A DNA stretch of 64,000 nt, taken from the IMG/VR virus record IMGVR_UViG_3300037067_018433; one strand, 5' to 3'. The stretch's first letter is position 1. Each line of letters opens with the position of its first letter. The notes beneath the pieces were generated by a model that made no database searches, was not told the DNA's origin, and worked only from the letters and a program-made list of their open reading frames with translations. Made by a program: the position numbers and the translations under genes. The stretch comes from a virus (taxonomy: Duplodnaviria > Caudoviricetes). Of this stretch, positions 28,201-34,972 are shown piece after piece.

Positions 28201-29268
28201 TTGACGGCGGAAGACCAGCGGAACCAGGGTGCGCTGGCCGAGCTGGAAGCCGATCTGGCGGAGAACGAGCAGCGGCTTGCAGAGCACTCCGCGGACATGG
28301 ACGCGGACAGCGCGGTCGACACCGGTGTGGACGACGCGTACGTGGTCAACCTGCGGACGGAAGTCGAGCGTCGGCGTGAGGACGTGGCGACGGTCAACGA
28401 GCGCACGACCACCGCCACCCTCCCGTTCCTCGGCTCGCCGCACGACGGACGCAACCGACCGATCACAACCATCACCACCGATCGCGTGGGGATACCGACC
28501 GACATCCGGGACATCCCGCAGCTGGTAGGCATCCTCGGTACCGACGACCCTACGGCCACCGGTCGCGTCACGCTGCGCGTGTTCCGGGTCGTGGAGGACA
28601 CGGGGGTCGAGGCCGGCGAGCTGTTCGACCTCGGCGCCGAGGACATCCTGCGCCCACCGTGGTACAGCAACGTGTGGACCAACGGGTTGATCGGTGGCGG
28701 CGTGTACCTCCCGTACTTCGGGGTGGGGTCGGTCGTCGATCCCATCATGATCCTCGCCCCCGACGGTCTGGACGTGTTCGGGACCACCGGCCAGCAGCTG
28801 GCCGCAGAGCAAGCGGCGCTGCGGTCCCAGGTCCAACACGGGACCACCGGCGAAGGCCCGCTCATGTCCGGGATCCTAGAGGGTGCGACGATCGAGAACG
28901 CCGTGGACTTCCTGGTCCATTCCTACGCCCTCACCAAGGCGTCCGGTTACGACGTGGACTCCTTCATCCGCAACTACACATGGCGCCCGATCGCAACGAT
29001 GTTCGACATCTTCGGGTCGGGCGACCTGGTGCTGGATGGCGACGGGAATCGGGCGGTCAGCGGCGTGGAGGGCTTCCACAGCCGCGCCTTCGGTCCACAC
29101 AGCAACCTGTTCGGGCTGCTCCCGTACAGTGACATCGAGTCGCTGTTGGGGATCGACGCTTCTGATCCGGCTACCGCTGCACGTGTCGACGTGCGTTCGA
29201 GACGCTACGCGATCATCCAGGCCTACCGCATGGAGCTTCTCTATCTGCGCGGGTGCGCAGCCGGATAG
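25279..29268 (+). CDS. large tail protein, baseplate-hub-like
   Basis: 1329 aa; N-terminus LRLVMEGVECPIVAA...SVASIQIVP..F.GEV resembles hub/late-control beta domains; position after the tape measure. Confidence 0.55.
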   Translation: MGLRTGRLHLRLVMEGVECPIVAATWMGTINQTSVASIQIVPTPTARRIPFRTMVHLFEHDLYASGERSLSNTGFATEGSEGITMRQAWAPAIPETAVDAAVREAGGETAGSIDIPPDMLRYRLAFVGEVVGRSYQKTASGSMAVVLQCAGPSNYWDMPAADRKGGMLFGGGRRGRASGLTPAPFWDLLKGDTGQVFEKLTEPPASFPNLRGFTAGLIHLLEELVGVSMRRGREGQIIAGKNQFMAMAALRLRLLQTIGVAGGDDSPLRLLRRQGFGSIWRVALRGLPRYFSYRHLINALMPYTFYETVPVLGPHYTPPTGIYANYENWAGYDTGFLRNSPQWAWVVQKADSIKAAAHELIGGDLTDIDTQHADEGSVDATEYADVVSNIRSTLLDIVQLAGAITQGVTESRVGDTVYKSVGESGRLYDIALSDDDRQSLDSMTGDELAAAGYRQVTETSQEAIARLRPVAEKARAIDRQAATLYQRMGRSTTLPSAPDPAVQSGLSEIAALAEEISNYSMPPPGRRDDDAESSEPSHLYCDIFRPDVWFCAPPRSNVIFPDHIVRMSESRVFGQEPTRLMIRMYDKWLGSDILFDKWWIAPTAPGLFSDRPVGTSGSTACGGRLSYDLMDHELMGGIVPIFQTMSDREMYLGARVAGYGSEEARCGGTSENNQKRYFQQVTNFILFRTRFAARNISFSVRHNPYLILGFPALLMDSPPNQAATTANQLILSAASNAMSELDEQESSVILELIKKRAGQHFLGTIQQLTHTADATGESCSTDGTLTYVREHNEKIEFMGQDLVRMAQTASRGTSERTVRRRSAAVERVLRELQTLEDVLSAESTAGMSGRAYTDGLIQEPQRIAQLPVLGTGGGTSIPFYGSHDATMSMTQSLIQLYQNLPMTERQALIQLPSRRTTVCFAINTPQVREGTPPEDDAEGEYTPGQLGPNGYEMVEVTDITDQFRNTHRRVTSASLTAEDQRNQGALAELEADLAENEQRLAEHSADMDADSAVDTGVDDAYVVNLRTEVERRREDVATVNERTTTATLPFLGSPHDGRNRPITTITTDRVGIPTDIRDIPQLVGILGTDDPTATGRVTLRVFRVVEDTGVEAGELFDLGAEDILRPPWYSNVWTNGLIGGGVYLPYFGVGSVVDPIMILAPDGLDVFGTTGQQLAAEQAALRSQVQHGTTGEGPLMSGILEGATIENAVDFLVHSYALTKASGYDVDSFIRNYTWRPIATMFDIFGSGDLVLDGDGNRAVSGVEGFHSRAFGPHSNLFGLLPYSDIESLLGIDASDPATAARVDVRSRRYAIIQAYRMELLYLRGCAAG

Positions 29269-29319
29269 CTGTGCAGCATCCCCAGCCTTCTGGTATCCTG
29301 AAGACAGCAGGAGGCTCCC

Positions 29320-30255
29320 ATGCTCGAGCCCGTGTCTTTTGGCATCACACCGGAGCAGGCCAGCAGCCTCGTGAGGGGTCTGGCCAAGCGCGGTTGCTAC
29401 ATCATGACGACCGAGAACGGTCGCACGGTGGTCCCGGAGGCGGAGCACCACCAGCCTTCCGCACCTGTCCAGGTCGTGTCCGACGTTCCTCGGATCGGAC
29501 ACGAAGGGAGGGGCGCTCCGCCTCCGGGTCCTCCGCGGCTTGGGCTGCAGGCCAAGGCAACGGATACCGCGTTCCCCGGCATCCACACCGGCACCTATCG
29601 GCCCGGCGCGCTCATCGATGAGATCAAGAAGGCGACCGCTGACGTCCCACTCAAGCCCCCGGAGAAGTACGTGGCACCCGACAGCTACCCCATGGACCTG
29701 CGGATCAGGACCGGGCGCACGGGTAGCAAACTGCCGCCGGTGCCCGGGACTGACGATCGGCTGCGCGAGCGTCCGTTCCGTCGCGGGGATGTGGAGCGCG
29801 TGCTTCACGAGAAGGTAGCGCAAGGCATCTCACCCCTGGAGTCGGTGGCGGCCGGCGCCATTGCGCAGGGTGCGAGCGAGAGCGAGGACGCCGAGGTCCC
29901 GGAGGGCGCCGACAAGATCCCGTTCAACATCAGCCGCGCCGGCTCGATGCTGGACTACGCGGGCCGTGCAGCGCTGGGTGTTGGGCTCGGCAAGACCATC
30001 GGGTCGTTGGCCAAGGGTCCGATGCGCGAGGCCATGGAGCGGCGTCTGGGAGGCGCCGGGGCGCTGCTGGGGCTGAGCCTGGCCATGGCCTCGCAACGCG
30101 AATCGCGACGCAAGATGGAAGCGGGCAAGGCACTCCGGGTCATGGCGCAGGAACAGCAGCGGGCGATGGGCGAGGACAAGCAGCTCACCACGGCCGACGC
30201 ACAGATTCGTGCGCTGCTCGAGGGTGGGGCGCGGGCGGACGGAGCGCGGGTGTGA
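29320..30255 (+). CDS. putative processed virion protein (EKVA motif, glycine-zipper hairpin)
   Basis: SD AGGAGG; HEKVA, then GRAALGVGLG...GGAGALLGLSLA. Confidence 0.65.
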   Translation: MLEPVSFGITPEQASSLVRGLAKRGCYIMTTENGRTVVPEAEHHQPSAPVQVVSDVPRIGHEGRGAPPPGPPRLGLQAKATDTAFPGIHTGTYRPGALIDEIKKATADVPLKPPEKYVAPDSYPMDLRIRTGRTGSKLPPVPGTDDRLRERPFRRGDVERVLHEKVAQGISPLESVAAGAIAQGASESEDAEVPEGADKIPFNISRAGSMLDYAGRAALGVGLGKTIGSLAKGPMREAMERRLGGAGALLGLSLAMASQRESRRKMEAGKALRVMAQEQQRAMGEDKQLTTADAQIRALLEGGARADGARV

Positions 30256-31313
30256 TCGAACAGCCGACCAACGACGAGACCTACCGCACGGTCAGGTCCA
30301 GGGTCCTGGACGACTTGCGGGACAAGTTTCGTCGCGCACGGTCCGACACGCCCGTCATCGGCATCGAGGACATCGCTCTCCTGCGGAACGTGGTGCGTCC
30401 GGCGCTGGACCAGACAAAGATCGGACAGGCGGCCAGGGAGTTCCTGGCTGACGGTCCGCTCCTCCCGCTGCTCCTCAAGCTCGCGGGCGATGGCTCCGAC
30501 TACCTGTCGTCACAGATGGGGGAAGCGTCCGGCGCCTTCGGCGATCTCAACAGCGCTCCCGGGTTCATCACCCCGGATATGGCGAAGCAGCTCCAGGGTT
30601 TCGGTAAGGAACAGGGTACTGCGGTCCCCACCAGCATTGCGTCACGCGCAGCGGAAACCCCGGCCCCAGACCAATCATGGTGGCAGAAGGGCATCGGTGG
30701 GGCGATGTCGGTCTTCGACGCGCTCGCCGCACCAGGCAAGGCCCTATACAACGTGGGGCAGGGGTTGGCCGGTGGTGCGCTGGGCGGCGTCAGTTCCGAC
30801 GCACTCGACTGGTCCAAGGAGAACCTCAAGCCTGTTGACCGGGCGGCGGAATGGGTGGCGGGTGACCTGCCTGTGGCGCTGGCCACTGGTGGTACCAGCG
30901 CGTTGGCCAGTGGCGGCAAGCTCCTGGGGTCGGTTGCCGCGGCCGGCGCCAAGAAAGCGATCCCATCTCTGGCCAGTGCGGTAGGACGTGACGCCATGAT
31001 CAGCACGGTGGCTCCCGCGGCCCTCGCAGGTGGTATGGCGCTGGGTCAGGGCGCATCGCTGGGGCAGGCCGGTCAGATCGCTGGGCAGAACGTAGCTTTG
31101 CCGTGGGCGGAGGAAGCGGCACCGGCTGCTACGTCGGTTGCCCAGGATGTAGCGCCTACGATCCCCAAGTCGTTCGACATGTCCTCGCTCTTCAACCAGA
31201 ACTACTGGGGCGGCGGCATGTCGCCGTTGGTGGCCCGCGGGTTCAGCGACCAGATCGGTGGGCTGCTCAAGAGCTTCGACCCCAGCATGCTGGGTGGTCT
31301 CGGGAGTCGGTGA
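30252..31313 (+). CDS. Gly/Ala-rich putative virion protein (LLKLA motif)
   Basis: Charged helical N-terminus switches to a Gly/Ala-rich region at KLA. Confidence 0.65.
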   Translation: MIEQPTNDETYRTVRSRVLDDLRDKFRRARSDTPVIGIEDIALLRNVVRPALDQTKIGQAAREFLADGPLLPLLLKLAGDGSDYLSSQMGEASGAFGDLNSAPGFITPDMAKQLQGFGKEQGTAVPTSIASRAAETPAPDQSWWQKGIGGAMSVFDALAAPGKALYNVGQGLAGGALGGVSSDALDWSKENLKPVDRAAEWVAGDLPVALATGGTSALASGGKLLGSVAAAGAKKAIPSLASAVGRDAMISTVAPAALAGGMALGQGASLGQAGQIAGQNVALPWAEEAAPAATSVAQDVAPTIPKSFDMSSLFNQNYWGGGMSPLVARGFSDQIGGLLKSFDPSMLGGLGSR

Positions 31314-32047
31314 TGTTGATCAGTACGAAAGAGCGGCTCGAGCTCGTCAAGCTGGGGTTCCTCTGCGAACTGGAAGACCTGTTGCAGGAGAAGACGGCGC
31401 TGAGCTTCAATCCTGGATGGGTGGGGCGTGCAGGACAAGCGGTGGGTCAGTCCGCGCGCAATGCGGCAGGGTCTCTGGCTCGTGGAGCGCGAAACGTGCT
31501 CAAGGTCCCGGAGATGGGGGGCGCCGCTACCGGTGCCGCGATCGGTACGGCCATCGCGCCCGGAGTGGGTACGGCGATCGGTGCAGGTATTGGGGGAATG
31601 GGCGGGGCAGTCGGCCGATTCCTCGGCCGGGGGCGGAGCGCCGAAGCCCTGCTGCCGAAGGCCATGGAGCTGATGCGCACCGGTCAGTACAAGTCGCTCG
31701 ATGACGCGATGGCCGCGGTCCAGAAGGTGATGCCGCCGATGGGTACCCTGGAGCGTGTCGGAAAGGGCACAGGCGCCCTGGGTCTGGGCGCCCTGGGTCT
31801 TGGTGGATACGGCGCGTACCAGGTGGGCCAGGCCGGGTTGAACACGGCGCAGGACGTGCTCACTGGCGGTGACTCTGGGGCCCCGGGCCGCAGCTGGCTG
31901 GAGACGGCGCTGCGCGGCGGGCTTGGTGGAGCGGCCGGCTACTACGGCATGAAGTGGTTGGGGCCGCAGCTTGGCCTGCCGCCGGAAGTGATGCAGTACG
32001 CACCGTGGCTGACGGGTGCATTGGGCGCGTTCGGCGCGCAGGGGTAA
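31313..32047 (+). CDS. glycine-zipper protein (EKTA motif)
   Basis: GAATGAAIGTAIAPGVGTAIGAGIGG. Confidence 0.7.
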   Translation: MLISTKERLELVKLGFLCELEDLLQEKTALSFNPGWVGRAGQAVGQSARNAAGSLARGARNVLKVPEMGGAATGAAIGTAIAPGVGTAIGAGIGGMGGAVGRFLGRGRSAEALLPKAMELMRTGQYKSLDDAMAAVQKVMPPMGTLERVGKGTGALGLGALGLGGYGAYQVGQAGLNTAQDVLTGGDSGAPGRSWLETALRGGLGGAAGYYGMKWLGPQLGLPPEVMQYAPWLTGALGAFGAQG

Positions 32048-32056
32048 GGTGATCTG

Positions 32057-32515
32057 ATGATGAATCCGATCGTGATTCAGGCGTGTGCTGAGGAGTTGGA
32101 GAAGCAGGCGGACCTGAGCCCCGAGCTCATCGGGCTGCTGCTGGGCGGTGCGGGGGGCGCGGGCCTGGGGTACGCGGCCACCGACGATCCTCGCAAGAAG
32201 ACGCGCAACGCCATCCTGGGCGGGTTGGGCGGTGCGCTCGGTGGCGGGATCCTCGGCGGGCAGATCGGTGGCGGCGACGGCCCCGCGGCCCCCGCGGCTC
32301 CGAAGCCGCCGGCGGACCCCCTGTCGATGCTGTCGACCGCCCGCGGGGCAACCGCGTCGGCGGAAGACCTGGTGCGGAAGGCGCACGAAGCCGCTCTTCG
32401 GCGTGCCGAGGCCCTGCAGCAGGCGTTGGCGGGTGGCGCCCAAGGGGTAGTCGGCGGTGCCGAGGCCCTCGGTCCGGCGCTGGCCGCGCAGGCGACCGGG
32501 GTTCCCATCCGCTAG
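32057..32515 (+). CDS. glycine-zipper protein (EKQA motif)
   Basis: AEELEKQA, then GLLLGGAGGAGLGY...RNAILGGLGGALGGG. Confidence 0.7.
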   Translation: MMNPIVIQACAEELEKQADLSPELIGLLLGGAGGAGLGYAATDDPRKKTRNAILGGLGGALGGGILGGQIGGGDGPAAPAAPKPPADPLSMLSTARGATASAEDLVRKAHEAALRRAEALQQALAGGAQGVVGGAEALGPALAAQATGVPIR

Positions 32516-33268
32516 ATGTCGGATACCTCGACCCAGGACCTGAGCCTGTGGCGGCAGTGGGATGCCGGAGGGCGCAAGCCTGACGACATGGAGCCGCTGC
32601 TCGACAAGTTCGCGCCCTTGATCGAGAGCCACTACCGACGGTACGCCGGACACGTCAACATCCCGGACGTCGCGATCCGAGCAGACCTCGAGAACAGGTT
32701 CGCGCAGGCGGTCAAGACCTACGATCCGACCAAGGGCACGCAGCTGTCGACCCACGTGTGGGGCAACCTCAAGGGGGTCCACCGGTTCGTGGTCCAGCAG
32801 CAGAACATGTCCAGGATCCCCGAGAACCAGGCGTCGCGCATTGCGCAGATGACGGCCGCCGTCCACACGCTGCAAGAGGACTTCGGTCGGGTACCGGACA
32901 ACGCGGTACTGGCCAGCTACATGAACTGGAGCCCGACGCAGGTGATGCGCCTGCGCAAGTCCATGCGCAAGGACCTGTCGAGCACCCAGTTCCTGGTTCC
33001 GGTGGGTGCGGTCATGCCCTCCCGCTGGGAGGCGATCAAGGCGCTGCTGCCCACCGAGTTGACCCCCAAGCAGCAGTTCGTGTTCAAGCACACGACCGGT
33101 GCGGGCGGCGCACCCATCCTCCAGGCGCAGGCCATCGCCAAGAAGCTGCACATGTCCAATGCCTCCGTCAGCAGGGCGCGAGCGGAGATCGCTGGGATCC
33201 TGGAGCGATACGGCGTGCTCACGCAGGCACCTAATGCGCCGTCCGACCCCGGGACCGAGGTGGATTGA
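32516..33268 (+). CDS. phage-encoded sigma70-family sigma factor (group-3-like, regions 2-4)
   Basis: Region 2 AVKTYDPTKGTQLSTHVW; region 3 LQEDFGRVPD..LA; region 4 LTPKQQFVF...AIAKKLHMSNASVSR. Confidence 0.8.
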   Translation: MSDTSTQDLSLWRQWDAGGRKPDDMEPLLDKFAPLIESHYRRYAGHVNIPDVAIRADLENRFAQAVKTYDPTKGTQLSTHVWGNLKGVHRFVVQQQNMSRIPENQASRIAQMTAAVHTLQEDFGRVPDNAVLASYMNWSPTQVMRLRKSMRKDLSSTQFLVPVGAVMPSRWEAIKALLPTELTPKQQFVFKHTTGAGGAPILQAQAIAKKLHMSNASVSRARAEIAGILERYGVLTQAPNAPSDPGTEVD

Positions 33269-34746
33269 TGGACGCGCCCAAGGTCGACGCGGGTCCCGAC
33301 AAGACCGTGCGGAAGACGGAGGTCGCTGGGATCCCCGTCAACATCGAGCGACCCAAGGGCGTCGTCAAGGTGTTCCCCAAGGGCTACACGCAGCTGTACA
33401 AGGTCGACTACGGATCAACTCCGTTGGCCAAGGGCGTGGATGGAGATCCCCTTGATATCTTCGTGGGCCCGGACAAGTCGTCGAAGACTGTGTTCGTGGT
33501 CGACAAGATGACGGACAAGGATCACTCGGCATTCGACGAGCACAAGGTACTGCTGGGCTTCCGGAGCAAGGGGGACGCACGGGATTGCGTGAAGTTCCAC
33601 TTGTGGGGCACCGACGGGAAGATCAAGCAGATGAGCATCGACAACTTCCTCAAGTCGATCCGAGGGGGAGTGGACAGGTTGGGGAAGCAGGCGGCCGCGT
33701 TGCCGCTGGAGCGTGGTTCCATGATCGACCCATGGCAGGTCGTCGGGTTCATGAGCGTGATGGGCGACGAGAAGACGGCGTTCTCTCTTGCCGACATCCC
33801 GCGCGAGGTCTGGGGTGGGCTGGCGGGCGGCGCGCTCGGGGGTCTTGGTGGATACGGAGCGACCTCCGACCCCCTCAACAAGAAGCGGAACACCGTACTC
33901 GGGGCGCTCGGTGGGGCGGCGGCCGGCGCCGGGCTGGCGCACCTCACGGCCCCCGACGCCAAGCCCGACCCGAAGTTCACCTCTGCCCCCGGTACCGCGT
34001 CTCCGGTCAAGCCAGGGCTCCCGGAGCAAGGCAAGCTGCCCTCTGCCCAGGTGGAGCCCACGCTGCAGCGTTCGGAGGCCGCAGTACGCCAGCAGGCGCA
34101 GCAGCAGATGACCCAGCAGGCGGTCCAGTTCTCGGCGGCCCGCGAGCGCGCCTCCCTGCTCAAGGACCAGGGGCAGGTGATGGCTCGAACCCAGGCGCTG
34201 TTGGCGCCGCGTGAGGCTCCGACCATGCCCAAGGGCGTCCCGCCGCGGAACATGGTCCTTGCTCCCGGCGGCCGGGTGATGTTCCAGCGGGTGGCCAACA
34301 GCGTGGCTCCCGGATCTCTGATGGGCAAGGCGGCGGCGTTGGCGAACGGTGGTGCGAAGCTGGACCTGCTGCGCACGAACCCGAAGCTGGCCCTGGCCAT
34401 CGGCGTGAATCTGCGGAAGCACGCGAGCGGTTGGGGGAGCCTGCTCAAGGGGCTCGGGCTGGTGGCGGGTGTCGGCGCTGCAGGCTACGGCATCCGCGAG
34501 GGGGTCGACTGGCTGGGGCGAAAGGCGGTCGACACCGCCACGCAGGGCGTCAAGGACATTACTGAGGCAATCACGCCGGGGGTCGAGCAGGTTGGCGAGC
34601 AAGGGGCCGATCTTGCGAGGAAGTACGGGCCCGGTCTGTGGGTTGACCAGAAGATGCCGTGGATCCGGGATACGCTTGCCCCTGCCAAGCCCTTGATCAA
34701 TCCCAGCACCCCGATGGGATTGTTCCCGAGCCCGGTGACCCAGTGA
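33268..34746 (+). CDS. inorganic pyrophosphatase (InPase-like) domain fused to KxA-delimited glycine-zipper modules
   Basis: IERPKG, DYG, GVDGDPLDIFVGP, FDEHKVLLGF. Confidence 0.75.
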   Translation: MDAPKVDAGPDKTVRKTEVAGIPVNIERPKGVVKVFPKGYTQLYKVDYGSTPLAKGVDGDPLDIFVGPDKSSKTVFVVDKMTDKDHSAFDEHKVLLGFRSKGDARDCVKFHLWGTDGKIKQMSIDNFLKSIRGGVDRLGKQAAALPLERGSMIDPWQVVGFMSVMGDEKTAFSLADIPREVWGGLAGGALGGLGGYGATSDPLNKKRNTVLGALGGAAAGAGLAHLTAPDAKPDPKFTSAPGTASPVKPGLPEQGKLPSAQVEPTLQRSEAAVRQQAQQQMTQQAVQFSAARERASLLKDQGQVMARTQALLAPREAPTMPKGVPPRNMVLAPGGRVMFQRVANSVAPGSLMGKAAALANGGAKLDLLRTNPKLALAIGVNLRKHASGWGSLLKGLGLVAGVGAAGYGIREGVDWLGRKAVDTATQGVKDITEAITPGVEQVGEQGADLARKYGPGLWVDQKMPWIRDTLAPAKPLINPSTPMGLFPSPVTQ

Positions 34747-34967
34747 CAGTCGTCGACCGGCGTCGTGCGCGACGCGACGAGCTGCTCGACCTGCTGTCGG
34801 CGGCGGAAGACGAGTGGGGTTCCAAGCTGGAGGACCAGCTGACCAAGGAAGCGTCGTACTTCCAGAAGATCATCGACAGCAGGACCGGGGCCGGTGCGGC
34901 GACCGGCAGGATTCGCGAGAAGCTGACGGACTTGACCGTGGACAAGATCAGCGCTTTCTTGTCGTGA
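34743..34967 (+). CDS. small hypothetical protein (TKEA motif)
   Basis: GTGA overlap; charged helix. Confidence 0.6.
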   Translation: MTVVDRRRARRDELLDLLSAAEDEWGSKLEDQLTKEASYFQKIIDSRTGAGAATGRIREKLTDLTVDKISAFLS

Positions 34968-34972
34968 TCTAA

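Noticed and set aside
20419-29301. TGnTATCCTGA at 20419 and 29291 (and TGGTACGCT at 60428) as a novel late-promoter motif
   Set aside because: Adequately explained as ordinary extended -10 elements (TGnTAnnnT); too short, with no shared upstream box
32057-32515. Bacteriocin/Nif11-type double-glycine leader (EELEKQA plus Gly-rich core)
   Set aside because: No GG/GA cleavage dipeptide, no peptidase-ABC transporter or modifying enzymes in the window, and the motif also occurs internally in large proteins
24016-32518. TAG stop-codon reassignment, suggested by in-frame TAG junctions at 24016, 25276 (TAG ATG) and 32513 (TAG ATG)
   Set aside because: Very long ORFs have no internal TAG, many TAGs are followed by an SD and an out-of-frame start, and coding density is already high under the standard code
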